Assembly: GCA_049325575.1 (NCBI GenBank)
Contig: JBMOLK010000188.1
Coordinates: 2,758 to 66,757, forward strand
DNA from: Bacillota bacterium
Lineage (GTDB): Bacteria; Bacillota; Clostridia; Acetivibrionales; Acetivibrionaceae
Length of the DNA: 64,000 nucleotides
Direction: 5' to 3'
Below the pieces are notes generated by a model. It was not told the DNA's origin. It did not search any database and was given only the letters and a program-made list of their open reading frames with translations. The translations under genes and the position numbers were made by a program. Shown here one piece after another: positions 30,601-40,682 of the stretch (the first letter of the stretch is position 1; every line of letters begins with the position of its first letter).

Positions 30601-32498
30601 GCAAAATTCTGATTTTTGCTGATGAAAAGGGGATGGCCGATAATCTTGCATCAAAGCTTAAAACTGCACAAACCGAAGTTGCTATGGTGAATTTCGGCTG
30701 TGAGTATTTTAAGATCAGTGATGAAAAATATATTATATCTTCTAAGGAAAGGGATTACAAACGATTATTTAGTGAAATTGACCTTAAAGATATTGCTCAC
30801 ATTATTCACATGTCCAGTATATTGGGGAATTCAGAAATAAAAGATGTTAATGAGCTTGAAAGAAGCCAGGATATGGGAGTGAGAAGCCTTTTTCATATTG
30901 TTAGGGAGCTGCTCGGTATTGGCACAACAAACAAAGTGAATGTGTATCTTATTTCCCAATATGCCAACAGGGTAACTGGAAAGGAAAAAAGGATAAATCC
31001 TGAAAATGCAACACTATTTGGACTGGGCAAAGTCATTGAGCAGGAGTATCCAAACCTTAGCTTAAGATGTATAGATATAGATTTGGAAACTTCCATAAAT
31101 GAAATTTTTAAAGAAATATCAGCTTATTTGCCATCCAACCTGGTTGCCTACCGCGCTGGAAAGCGATATGTTGAAGAATTTAGAAGGCTTGAGATCGGTC
31201 AGATTTTAAGGCAGGACGTTTCCATAAAAGACAATGGTGTTTATTTGATTACCGGAGGATTAGGCGGCATAGGGCTTGAAACAGGAAAGTATATTGCGTC
31301 CAAGAATAGGGCAAATATCGCATTAATAAGCCGGTCAGAGCTTCCACCAGGTGAAGAGTGGGAAAAGATTCTAAGAGACGGTACTGACAGTATGTTGTGT
31401 CACAAAATAAAGGCCATTAAAGAAATTGAAGGCATGGGGTCAAGGGTAACATGTATTAGTGCTGATGTATCAAATGAAGAAGAAATTGCAGCTGCCGTTA
31501 ATGGATTGCGCCAAGTTTACGGAAGAATAAGGGGTGTAATACATAGTGCAGGGCTGGCGGGAGACGGGTTTATAATCAAAAAGAATCAAGAAGAATTTGA
31601 TAAGGTACTGTCCCCAAAGGTTAGAGGTACATGGCTTTTGGATATGTTAACCAGGCAGGATAAACCTGATTTCTTCATTATGTTTTCTTCAAATAATACT
31701 TTAATGGGTGTACCGGGGCAGGGGGATTATACAGCGGCAAACAGCTACCTGTGTGCATTTTCCGACTATAGGAATATAAGAGGTGAGAGAACACTGGCTA
31801 TAAACTGGCCTGCATGGAAGGAAACAGGTATGGCAGTTAACCATGGTGTCAACTTTGACAGTATTTTTAAGGCTATGCCTACAAAGCAGGCTCTAGATGC
31901 TTTCGATTTAGCCATAGGTCTTAATGTGAACAGGGTTATAATCGGTGAATTGAATGTTGGCGGTTCTATACACGGTAAAACAATATATGATGCAAAGATT
32001 AGTTTGTCAGAGCAAATAAAATCAAGGATAGACAGGAAAAACGAAAGTACCCCTGTAAAGAAGGGACTTAACGAAAAGGTTAAAGATATAAAGGTGGCAC
32101 TTAAAGGTAAAAAAACTGGAGACTTTACGGAGGAAGAAAAAATAATGGCAGGAATATGGAAGGAGGTTCTTGGATTTGAAGAGTTTGATATTTATGAAGA
32201 CTTCTTTGATATAGGAGGAGACTCTATACTGATAACAAAGGTACAGGCTTTGGCAGAGGAACGATTTCCCGGAAGAATTTCAGTTTCAGATCTTTTTTCT
32301 TACAGGACTATTTCAGATTTGGCTAAGCATTTATCAAAAGAACAGGATAAGCTTAAAGAGCAGCATTATATAGATATAAAGCCTATGTCATCCAGCTCTG
32401 ATATGGACAAAGGCATAAACGAACTTCTAGATGCAATACATAAGGGTGATATTGATATTGACAAGGCTGTTGAAAGCTATAAGTCTATGGGGGTATAG
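27681..32498 (+). CDS. trans-AT PKS module KS-(AT-less linker)-DH-KR-ACP
   Basis: DTTCSSSL, EAHGTGTKLGDPIE, SNIGHLD (KS); HxxxGxxxx-type DH motif (HRIMGDCVLVG); ITGGLGGIGL (KR); IGGDSILITK (ACP). No AT domain lies between the KS and the DH. Confidence 0.9.
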   Translation: MLNFENIRLNINKKPAPVELEEISKKDIAIIGAAIKLPMANTLEEYWNNLRNGIDCVRSIPDSRKRDADDILSQMDIDVSTVKYAEAAYLDEIDRFDYSFFKLAPKEACLMDPNQRLFLETAWNAVEDSGYGGTKLVGSRTGVYVGYGSDPDYKRLISSAEPEAASFALTGNVRPIIASRLSYLMDFRGPSLLVDTTCSSSLMAVHLALRGIRNGECELAIAGGVQVHILPVRQTKIGIESSDGRAKTFDDGSDGTGTGEGVIAIVLKSLSKALEDGDNIYAVIKGSAANHDGASIGLTAPNAEAQEDVIVRAWKESGIDPSTISYIEAHGTGTKLGDPIEIDGIQRAFRRFTGRKSFCAVGSVKSNIGHLDNTAGIAGLLKAVLALENKQIPPTLHFKYPNRKINFEESPVYVNNKLSDWNTEGFPRRCGVSAFGLSGTNVHIILEEAPLRSKEEYVTEAALNVFTLSAKSKAVLREMADNYTKFLEKNKGLNIKDICYTANTGRGHYGFRLAVLAKDNYELLERLRELSVSEFDYISNRRIFYGEHKLAPVNKEVLGEGEVTEAVVKETSIAAESKIRDFLSSAKESEDLIVEICKAYVKGAEINWEEFYKGRKYKRISLPSYAFEKKRCWVEAKGSSKRKVDYARDVQWSLLDNQVAESMGVDIYSTSFSVDSHWVLNEHRIMGDCVLVGTAYLEMAIQACHKHFQGVFVEFRDIVFVKPLVVREGEYKDVQTIITSRNGFYEFTVVSNGGFDDLGQVIWVRHVEGKILGCRERDIKAVDVSEIRDRNREGYFIPDIDSYNADSVFEFGPRWKNIREMYIGDGELLSHIKMPDMFTGELMDYVLYPSLMDNAIATMPLLDKLLKNSPFSGENGIFLPFSYKRLRILRSLPAEFYSYVKLKGDISDGSESVTFDIVLLDKSGEAFAEIEEYTLKKAKKNQMPQSKAGTSDIYYEVAWIPQDITVREKDIKKGKILIFADEKGMADNLASKLKTAQTEVAMVNFGCEYFKISDEKYIISSKERDYKRLFSEIDLKDIAHIIHMSSILGNSEIKDVNELERSQDMGVRSLFHIVRELLGIGTTNKVNVYLISQYANRVTGKEKRINPENATLFGLGKVIEQEYPNLSLRCIDIDLETSINEIFKEISAYLPSNLVAYRAGKRYVEEFRRLEIGQILRQDVSIKDNGVYLITGGLGGIGLETGKYIASKNRANIALISRSELPPGEEWEKILRDGTDSMLCHKIKAIKEIEGMGSRVTCISADVSNEEEIAAAVNGLRQVYGRIRGVIHSAGLAGDGFIIKKNQEEFDKVLSPKVRGTWLLDMLTRQDKPDFFIMFSSNNTLMGVPGQGDYTAANSYLCAFSDYRNIRGERTLAINWPAWKETGMAVNHGVNFDSIFKAMPTKQALDAFDLAIGLNVNRVIIGELNVGGSIHGKTIYDAKISLSEQIKSRIDRKNESTPVKKGLNEKVKDIKVALKGKKTGDFTEEEKIMAGIWKEVLGFEEFDIYEDFFDIGGDSILITKVQALAEERFPGRISVSDLFSYRTISDLAKHLSKEQDKLKEQHYIDIKPMSSSSDMDKGINELLDAIHKGDIDIDKAVESYKSMGV

Positions 32499-32502
32499 TT
32501 TG

Positions 32503-34548
32503 ATGGACAAAGTCTATAAAATGTTATTTGAGAATATTACTTCAGGAAAAGTTGACAGGAAAGCAGGGGTGGATATTCTAAAAGCTTTAAAGGAAGAAGA
32601 AAATCACAATACCAGAGATGATATGGCCATTATTGGAATATCTGCAAAGTTCCCTGGTGCGGAGAATATAAGTGAATTCTGGACAAACCTAAGAAGCGGA
32701 GTAAACAGTATTACAGATTTTCCGGAAAACAGACGCCAGGACTCGGATGCTTTTGTACCATTCACATATATGAAGAATGAAGATGTAAAATACTGCAAAG
32801 GTGGATATCTTAAGGAAGTAGACAAGTTCGACCATAGGTTTTTTGGAATTTCACCCAAAGAAGCAAGTCTTATGGATCCAAGTCAAAGAATCTTCCTTGA
32901 AACAGCATGGAATGCCATTGAAGATGGAGGGTACGGAGGCAAAAAACTTATGGGAAGCAGGACGGGCTTGTATATTGGATATTCCGGGTGGCCCATGTAT
33001 GGACAGTTTGTATCCCATGTTGAGCCAGCAGCTTTTGATGTCTCGGTTACAGGAAATATTTCAGCCATTATTTCAAGAAGAATACCTTACCTGATGGATA
33101 TGAGCAGTCCCAGCATGCTTATAGATACTGCATGCTCATCATCCCTTGTAGCACTCCATCTAGCATGCCAGGGCATAAGAAATGGTGATTGTGACCAGGC
33201 ATTGGTGGGAGCAATAAGACTTTTGCTGATGCCAATTGAAGGGATGATTTCATATGGCATTGAATCAAAGGACTATAACTCCAAACCTTTTGACGATAGT
33301 GCAGATGGTACAACCCTTAGCGAAGGCGTGGCTGCTATTTTGATTAAACCTTTAAGGAAAGCAATCAAGGATAGAGATAATGTCTATGCTGTTATAAAAG
33401 GAACTGCCTGCAACCAGGATGGAGGTTCAGTCGGACTTACTGCTCAAAGCGCTGCTGCCCAGGAAAATGTAATTGTTAAGGCCTGGGAGGATTCAGGCAT
33501 AAATCCGGAAACAATTTCATATATCGAAGGTTTCGGGGCTTGTACCAAGCTGGGTGATACCTTGGAAATAGAAGGCATTCAAAGGGCGTTTGGAAGATAT
33601 ACCCATAGAAAACAATTCTGTGGGATAGGATCAGTAAAATCAAATATTGGCCATCTTGATAGCTGTTCAGGACTGGCCGGACTGATAAAGTCGGTTCTTT
33701 CCCTAAAGCATAGGGAGATACCTCCTACTTTGAACTTTAGAAACCCTAATAAATCGATAAATTTTGAACAGTCACCAGTTTACATAAATGATAGATTAAA
33801 AAAATGGGACTCTGATATTGCTAAAAAAAGGTGCGGTATAAGCTCCTTTGGTTTTAGCGGTACAAACGCCCATGTTGTACTTGAAGAGGCAGCAGAGATT
33901 AATGTAGAAAGGAATTTAACAAAAAAACACTTCTTTATATTTGTTCTGTCTGCAAAAAGTAAGGAATCCCTGGAGGAGCTTATAAAAGCATATAAAGATT
34001 ATGTAAGAAATGAGAAAGAGGTAAGACTTCATGATATATGCTATACTTCCAGTACCGGAAGGGGGCATTACAATTACAGGCTGGCATTGATAGCAGAGAG
34101 TGAAGCAGAATTTACAGAGAAGCTGGAAAAACTTGACGCAGCGGAAGTCATTAATAATAGGGAAGATAATGTTTATTTTGGGTGGCATAAAGCTGTACCG
34201 GCTAATAAGGAGTTTAGACAGGACGGGGAATTGACCGAGTCTGAAATAAGAGAATACGGGAAAGCAGCAAACTTGCTGATAGACAAATACAAAAAAGATA
34301 TTTATGGGGAAAAAAGTATATTAGCAGAACTGTGCGGGTTATATGTAAAAGGAGCTGATTTAGATTGGGAGCGACTATACGAGGGTGATAAATACTACAG
34401 GATAAGTTTACCCGTATATCCCTTTGAAAGAAAAAGGTGCTGGATTAATGTAAAGAAAAAGCCTGAAGAATATATAAAACCAGGTACCAAAACAGATAAA
34501 GCCCGTTTAGAGAATGTACTTGATGAAAATATTGATTTTAAGTTTTAG
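32503..34548 (+). CDS. stand-alone non-elongating ketosynthase (KS0) with flanking linker subdomain
   Basis: The active-site Cys is retained (DTACSSSL), but the HGTGT histidine is replaced (IEGFGACTKLGD) and SNIGHLD is present. The probable start is at 32503 (MDKVYK) with a GGGGGTA RBS, not 32431. Confidence 0.75.
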   Translation: MDKVYKMLFENITSGKVDRKAGVDILKALKEEENHNTRDDMAIIGISAKFPGAENISEFWTNLRSGVNSITDFPENRRQDSDAFVPFTYMKNEDVKYCKGGYLKEVDKFDHRFFGISPKEASLMDPSQRIFLETAWNAIEDGGYGGKKLMGSRTGLYIGYSGWPMYGQFVSHVEPAAFDVSVTGNISAIISRRIPYLMDMSSPSMLIDTACSSSLVALHLACQGIRNGDCDQALVGAIRLLLMPIEGMISYGIESKDYNSKPFDDSADGTTLSEGVAAILIKPLRKAIKDRDNVYAVIKGTACNQDGGSVGLTAQSAAAQENVIVKAWEDSGINPETISYIEGFGACTKLGDTLEIEGIQRAFGRYTHRKQFCGIGSVKSNIGHLDSCSGLAGLIKSVLSLKHREIPPTLNFRNPNKSINFEQSPVYINDRLKKWDSDIAKKRCGISSFGFSGTNAHVVLEEAAEINVERNLTKKHFFIFVLSAKSKESLEELIKAYKDYVRNEKEVRLHDICYTSSTGRGHYNYRLALIAESEAEFTEKLEKLDAAEVINNREDNVYFGWHKAVPANKEFRQDGELTESEIREYGKAANLLIDKYKKDIYGEKSILAELCGLYVKGADLDWERLYEGDKYYRISLPVYPFERKRCWINVKKKPEEYIKPGTKTDKARLENVLDENIDFKF

Positions 34549-37500
34549 TGCTGGGGGGATATAATTTGACAAAAACGATTCAACAGTTGTTTGAAGAGCA
34601 GGTAGAAAAAACACCTGATAGTACTGCAGTATGGTATGAGGGTAATAAGCTTACCTTTAGAGACCTAAATGAAAAAGCCAATCAGCTTGCAAGGAAACTG
34701 CGTGAAAAAGGCGCAGGTCCCGATTGTATAACAGGTATTCTCTTTGAAAGGTCTTTGGACATGATAATTGCTATTGTTTCTGTACTAAAGGCTGGTAGTG
34801 CATATATGCCTGTTGCAGTTGATTATCCTGAAAACAGGAAAAAATACATATTGGAAGACAGCGGAGCGAAAATATTGCTGACTCAAAAACACCTTGCAGA
34901 AAGCCTTCCGCTGCTGCCAGGAGTTGATATAATTGCTATTGACGATGATAAAATCTATGGTGGAGATACGTCAAACCTCCAGGAAGGAAACAGCCCCAAG
35001 GATCTTGCATACGTTATATATACATCGGGAACTACAGGAAAGCCAAAAGGAGTTATGATTGAGAATAAAAGCGTTGTAAATCTTGTAAATGGGCTTTTCA
35101 GTCATATTTATAAAAGGTATGATTTCAGTTTAAATATTGCCCTTTTGGCGCCTTATACCTTTGATGCATCAATTAAACAGATCTTTCCATCCCTTCTTCT
35201 AGGGCATACACTATTTATTGTACCCGAGAGCATCCGGCTAGACGGAAAGGAACTTTTGAACTATTTTAACAGGAATTCAATTGACATAGCGGACGGAACT
35301 CCGGCGCATATCGGAATGCTTGCAAGTTATACGCCGCTTCTTAAAGACGAACTTGCGGTAAAGCACTTTGTTATAGGGGGAGAAGCCTTACCAGCAAAAC
35401 TGGTAAAGGAATTTTTAGACTCTATTGAAGAAAGAAAGCCTCTTGTTACAAATGTATATGGCCCTACAGAGTGCTGTGATGTTTCAACACTCTACACCAT
35501 TTATCCAAAAGAAGCTTATAGTAATAATATTATACCTATTGGGTCTCCCATAGAAAATGTAACCGTTTATATACTGGATGAAAATGAAAAAGCGGTAAAG
35601 GAAGGGACTGTGGGAGAATTATATATATCTGGAGAAGGAGTAGGTAGGGGATATTTAAATAAACCCCAGCTGACAAGCGAAAGGTTTATACCTGATCCGT
35701 TTATTAAAGGGAGAACCATGTATAAGACCGGTGATAAGGCAAGAATACTTCCGGACGGGAATATTGAATACCTGGGAAGGAATGACCATCAAGTAAAAGT
35801 TAGGGGCTTTAGAATTGAACCTGCAGAAATTGAATCGGAAATTATGGATTATGAAGCCGTAAAAGAAGCAGTAGTTATAGTAAGAGAAGAATATAGTGGT
35901 GATAAATATTTATGTGCCTACTACATATCCGACAGGGAAATCCAATCACAGGAACTTAAGGAGTTTTTAGCAAAAAGCTTGCCTTATTATATGATTCCGG
36001 CATACTTTATAAGGATGGTGAGCTTACCGCTTACGCACAACGGCAAGGTTGACAGGAATGCACTGCCCGAACCGGATATATGGGCTAACAAGGTTAAGAT
36101 TTATACAGCCCCTAAAAACGACACTGAAGAAAGAATGGCACATATATGGAAAGAAGTATTAGGTATTGGTCGGATTAGTATGGAAGATAACTTCTTTGAT
36201 TTGGGAGGACATTCCCTGAAAGCCAATATACTTGCATTCAAAATACATAAGGAGTTTAATATTGAAATACCTATAGCCGAAATTTTTGCAAATCCTACGG
36301 TCAATGATATGATAAGGTTTATGGAAGGAGCGGCAAGTAGAGATTATAAAAGTATACAACCTGTAGAGCATATGGATTTGTATCCTCTTTCCCTATCACA
36401 GAAATGGATTTTTGTCTCTAGCAGAGTAAACAGGGGAGATATTTTATGGAATATGCCGTGCTTGATGATGATTGATGGTAAACTTGATATAAAGCGTTTT
36501 GAAAATGCCCTGAACATGTTAGTGAAAAGACATGAAGCCTTTAGGACATCTTTTGAGATGACTGAACGGGGGCCGATGCAGAGAATTTATGATAATGTAA
36601 AATTGGATATATCATACATAGAGTCGGATGAAGATCAAATAGAAGGATTATTAAAGGAATTTATAAAACCCTTTGATTTAAACACCGTACCTTTATTAAG
36701 AGCGGGCCTTGCAAGAATATCTGAAGGCAAACATGCATTCTTATTTGATATTCACCATATCATATTTGATGGCTTGTCAGTAAATATCCTGTTGCGGGAA
36801 TTGGAAACTCTGTATGATGGCGGACAGCTGCCTGAATTAAAGATTCATTACAAGGACTTTGCTTACTGGGAAAATGAGCATTACATGTCAGGAGGGTTTA
36901 AAAAACAGGAAGATTACTGGTTGAAAGTTTTTAATGGCAAGATTCCGGAGCTTGATTTACATACGGATTTTCCAGGAAAACAGGAAATCGGCAATGAGGG
37001 TGACAGGGTAGTATTATCTCTAGGAGTTGATCTTACTGCCCATTTAAGAAAGTTTGCCTCAAAAGCAGGCTCATCCATTTACATGGTGTTGTTAGCTGCA
37101 TATAATATCTTGCTGTTTAAATATTCAGATCAGGAAGAAATTGTGGTAGGTACATTAACAGCAGGCAGACAGCATGCTGATCTGGAAAATATAATCGGCA
37201 TGTTTGTTAGGACCCTTGCAATGAAAAACCATCCCAAGCCATACAAAACTGCTGCTGAATTTTTAAGAGAAGTAAGGGATAACTCCTTAGCCGCATTTGA
37301 TAATCAGGAGTATCCGTTAAATCAACTTTTGGATGTACTCAAATTACCAAGAAATCTATCCAATCATCCATTATATAAAGTTATGTTTATAATGCAGAAT
37401 ATGGATAGCCCAAAGTTTAAAACGGATGGCCTTTTATTTAGACAGCATGACATTAATTTAAGGATCTCGGCATGTGATCTTATCCTGGAGGCTAGAGAAA

Positions 37501-37703
37501 ACCAAGAGGGAATAAAGCTAACTATGACTTACAAGACCAGGTTGTTTAAGAAGGAAACAATAGAGACCATGGTTTTAAACTATCTAAAGACATTGGAATT
37601 GTTAATTGTGAATCCGGATATTAAACTGTGTGATTTTGAATTGGAAGGACTACGTAAGGCTCTGGATAATGTTCTTGATGAAGATATTAATTTTAATTTT
37701 TGA
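34548..37703 (+). CDS. NRPS module A-T-C (terminal condensation domain)
   Basis: YTSGTTGKPKG, NVYGPTE, YKTGD (A); LGGHSLKANI (T); HHIIFDGLS (C). A TTG start at 34567 with a GGGGGGAT RBS is plausible. Confidence 0.9.
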   Translation: MLGGYNLTKTIQQLFEEQVEKTPDSTAVWYEGNKLTFRDLNEKANQLARKLREKGAGPDCITGILFERSLDMIIAIVSVLKAGSAYMPVAVDYPENRKKYILEDSGAKILLTQKHLAESLPLLPGVDIIAIDDDKIYGGDTSNLQEGNSPKDLAYVIYTSGTTGKPKGVMIENKSVVNLVNGLFSHIYKRYDFSLNIALLAPYTFDASIKQIFPSLLLGHTLFIVPESIRLDGKELLNYFNRNSIDIADGTPAHIGMLASYTPLLKDELAVKHFVIGGEALPAKLVKEFLDSIEERKPLVTNVYGPTECCDVSTLYTIYPKEAYSNNIIPIGSPIENVTVYILDENEKAVKEGTVGELYISGEGVGRGYLNKPQLTSERFIPDPFIKGRTMYKTGDKARILPDGNIEYLGRNDHQVKVRGFRIEPAEIESEIMDYEAVKEAVVIVREEYSGDKYLCAYYISDREIQSQELKEFLAKSLPYYMIPAYFIRMVSLPLTHNGKVDRNALPEPDIWANKVKIYTAPKNDTEERMAHIWKEVLGIGRISMEDNFFDLGGHSLKANILAFKIHKEFNIEIPIAEIFANPTVNDMIRFMEGAASRDYKSIQPVEHMDLYPLSLSQKWIFVSSRVNRGDILWNMPCLMMIDGKLDIKRFENALNMLVKRHEAFRTSFEMTERGPMQRIYDNVKLDISYIESDEDQIEGLLKEFIKPFDLNTVPLLRAGLARISEGKHAFLFDIHHIIFDGLSVNILLRELETLYDGGQLPELKIHYKDFAYWENEHYMSGGFKKQEDYWLKVFNGKIPELDLHTDFPGKQEIGNEGDRVVLSLGVDLTAHLRKFASKAGSSIYMVLLAAYNILLFKYSDQEEIVVGTLTAGRQHADLENIIGMFVRTLAMKNHPKPYKTAAEFLREVRDNSLAAFDNQEYPLNQLLDVLKLPRNLSNHPLYKVMFIMQNMDSPKFKTDGLLFRQHDINLRISACDLILEARENQEGIKLTMTYKTRLFKKETIETMVLNYLKTLELLIVNPDIKLCDFELEGLRKALDNVLDEDINFNF

Positions 37704-37726
37704 TGACCATAGAGGGAGGTAATAGA

Positions 37727-38753
37727 ATGGAAATTAAGGATTACACTAAGGAAGACGTAAAGTTCGATAAGGAGAGATCATATTGGCTCAATAAACTCCA
37801 TGGCATGTATACCAAATGATTTCCCGGATAAAGGAGAAAACGGCTATAAAAGTGCTGTTATGAGTTTTTCCTTTGACAAGGAAGTTTATGAAAGGATGAC
37901 AGCAATCAGCAATAAATCTGATTTTGCGCTATTTATTATATTACTTTCGGGGGTTAAATATATTCTGCATGAATACACCCAAAACAGCGATGTATTAACC
38001 ATAATGCCGGTATTTAAACAAAACTCTAAGAATGCTTTGCTTATAAACAGCATTCTTCCGCTCTTAACCAAACTAGATAGGAACAGAACTTTCAAGGAAT
38101 ATTTGAATGAAGTAAAAAATACCGTAGTTGATGCCAACGCCAACCAGAATTTTCCCATAATGAGTCTTATTGACCTCCTGAACGTAGAATTTGATGAAAA
38201 TGGACTCCCAATACTTGGTACGGTAGTTTCGTTAGATTCTGTTCACGATAAGGAATATATTGGAAGCTATAAGGCGGATACCCTCTTTTATTTTTACAAG
38301 GACAATGGGGACTTAAGGGTTGAAGTTGAATATAATTCCAATGCTTATGGCCAAGAAACTATAAGCCAGTTTGTAAAATATTTATTTGAATTTTTTGATG
38401 CTGTACTTAAGGTGCCGGAGAAAAGGTTAATAGATATTGAAATAATTCCAAATGAAGAGAGACAATTGATTAAGGAACGTATTGAGAGAATATGTGATTC
38501 AAAGAATAAACTAAGTTTCATGAACATAGAAGAGATTGAGGAAAAGTTAATAGAAATATGGCAGGATTTATTGGGAGTAGAAAGAGACGAAATAGAAAAT
38601 AATTCATTTTTTGAACTTGGAGGAAACTCCATGCTGGCAATTAAGCTGGAAATCGAAACTTCAAAGAAAGGGATTGTTATGAAATCTTCAGACATTTATA
38701 AATTTCAAACGGTTAAAGAGCTGTCAGCTTATATTGCAAGTAAAAATGAATGA
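37727..38753 (+). pseudogene. relic condensation-domain C-lobe plus PCP, interrupted by a frameshift near 37800-37815
   Basis: The 37727 frame reads MEIKDYTKEDVKFDKERSYWLNKLHG and stops at 37814. The 37800 frame continues with C-lobe-like FALFIILLSGVKYILHEYTQNSDVLTIMPV and FFELGGNSMLAIK (T). Confidence 0.5.
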
Positions 38754-38960
38754 TTTGAGCTGCTTGAAGTGAGGCTTAGGCAGAAATATGTTAAAAACTG
38801 ATTTTCTCAAATTATAACCTAAAGCCAAGAAAGGGTAAGAACATCATATGACTAAAACTATAAGGAAAGTATGGCGGATATATGATAGACAGTAATATAA
38901 AAGGCATGAGAAGAAAAAGGCTTATGATGTTTCTACTGGTTGCCAGTTAGCCCATGGTTG

Positions 38961-38998
38961 AACTTGTTTAAAAAAAAATACAAGTTTTAATTTTTCTG
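38961..38998 (+). terminator. putative terminator after the biosynthetic island
   Basis: AACTTGT-loop-ACAAGTT hairpin followed by TTAATTTTTCTG. Confidence 0.4.
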
Positions 38999-39077
38999 TA
39001 ACCATTTTTAGCCATGTACGATATATAATTACTTTAGATGAGACCTATAGTCTAAAAATTTAAAAGGTGGTGTCAAA

Positions 39078-39413
39078 ATGGAATTAATGCAGATAAGAAA
39101 TTTGGCACAAAAGGTGAAGGAGAATATCAGCCGGTTCATTGTCGGTAAAGATGAAGTAGCCGACTTACTGCAGGTTGTACTGATTTCATCGGGACGTGTA
39201 CTTTTGGAGGATGTGCCCGGAACGGGTAAAACACTGCTCTCCAAAGCAATGGCCAAATCACTTAACACTTCATTTAGAAGGATTCAATTCACTCCAGATC
39301 TTCTTCCTCCAGATCTTCTTCCTCCAGATCTAAGCGGTATCAGTTTTATAACCAAGAGATGGAAAGTTCGAGTTCCGGACGGGTTCGATCTTTTCAAATA
39401 TATGCTGTTTTAA
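39078..39413 (+). pseudogene. truncated MoxR-family AAA+ ATPase fragment with in-frame 15-bp tandem duplication
   Basis: VLLEDVPGTGKTLLSKAMAKSL (Walker A) and RIQFTPDLLP, then PDLLPPDLLPPDL. After this, similarity to MoxR is lost and the ORF ends at 111 aa. Full-length MoxR proteins are ~320 aa. Confidence 0.6.
39294..39331 (+). repeat. tandem direct repeat CCAGATCTTCTTCCT x2.5
   Basis: Exact 15-mer copies at 39294-39308 and 39309-39323, then a partial copy. Confidence 0.9.
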
Positions 39414-39881
39414 ACTAAGTTTTAATGGACTAAGAAAAATGGCCCTACCACAAAAGGCAAAATGAGTATATTATAATAATCAAAATAGAGAACCTATGAA
39501 AGCTATTACTTGTATTTAGACTATAAATCTGCAAACAATGAAGTTAATTCTAGGAGGGTGTAATTTGAATATGTATTTAGCAGCTGTTACTTTAATAATA
39601 ACAGTAATCTATATAACTCAGGTTAAAAGCAACATTACTTTCAGTTATAGCTTAATATCTGAATATATAAAAATAATTTTACTGTTACTCTCATCAATAA
39701 AAATCGCTATTCTTTCTATAAAAACGAAAAACTGGAATTGTATCGCCAAGTGAAGAATATATCCAATGAGACAGCCATAATAAGTCATGCAATAAATAAT
39801 GAGATAGCTTAGGTTTCTATATGCATTGATAATATTGAAAACAATAATTGTAATAATGAAGATATATTCAGGGGGCGAACT

Positions 39882-40499
39882 ATGCATAAAATTAAAGTTA
39901 TGATTATTGACGATGATTTAGATTGGATTGAGACAATGAGGGGTTTCCTAGATAATTATGATGAGATTTCAATTATTGCAACTGCAAACAATAGAACGGA
40001 TGCTGTTGAACTTGTAAAAACTCTTGATATTGACATAGTTCTATTGGATGTAAACTTTAAAGGCAAAAATGAAGGAATGTGTATAGCATCGGATATACAC
40101 AGATTAAAGAACCAAACAAAGATTATAATGCTAACTTGTATGGACCAGGAGGAAATTATTCTAAACTCTTTTTTGATGGGGGTATCAAACTATATCTACA
40201 AAACAAACTATAGACAAGTTCCTTATATAATAAGAGACATGTATAACAATGTTTCGCCAATCGAAATACTTGCAAGAAAGTACTTTAACCAGCAAAAAGA
40301 AAAACAACTTGAAGTGTTAACTCGTACAGAAAAGGAGATCTTTAAACTGATTGAAAGTGGATATACCCAATCACAGATAGCGCGGCTGCAGTTTAAAACA
40401 AAAGGTACTCTTAGGAGTCAAGTCAATAAAATAATAAAGAAGCTAGGTGTTAGAAACAGCAAGGAAGCTGTAAACATTTTTAGACTTGAGAACACTTGA
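39882..40499 (+). CDS. orphan response regulator, receiver + LuxR/FixJ-type HTH
   Basis: MIIDDD...LLDV receiver, and C-terminal LTRTEKEIFKLIESGYTQSQIA...GTLRSQVNKIIKKLGV. Confidence 0.8.
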   Translation: MHKIKVMIIDDDLDWIETMRGFLDNYDEISIIATANNRTDAVELVKTLDIDIVLLDVNFKGKNEGMCIASDIHRLKNQTKIIMLTCMDQEEIILNSFLMGVSNYIYKTNYRQVPYIIRDMYNNVSPIEILARKYFNQQKEKQLEVLTRTEKEIFKLIESGYTQSQIARLQFKTKGTLRSQVNKIIKKLGVRNSKEAVNIFRLENT

Positions 40500-40682
40500 A
40501 ATAAGAGTTTAGTACTACATAAACAATGTGGAAATGCTCAGAGTCAGCGAATCTTAATAATATAAAAAAAGAGGTTTAATGTTATTGTATTATTTTAAAC
40601 TATGTAAGTTTATAGTACCATTCTTAAACAACATATTGTATAATATAACAATGCGGCACAATGAAGGCTTAGAAATTAAGAG

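Noticed and set aside
39538-39887. Two overlapping small ORFs (39538-39753 +, 39645-39887 -)
   Set aside because: Extremely AT-rich, low-complexity Ile/Leu/Lys translations with no RBS. This is most likely non-coding promoter DNA of the response-regulator gene.
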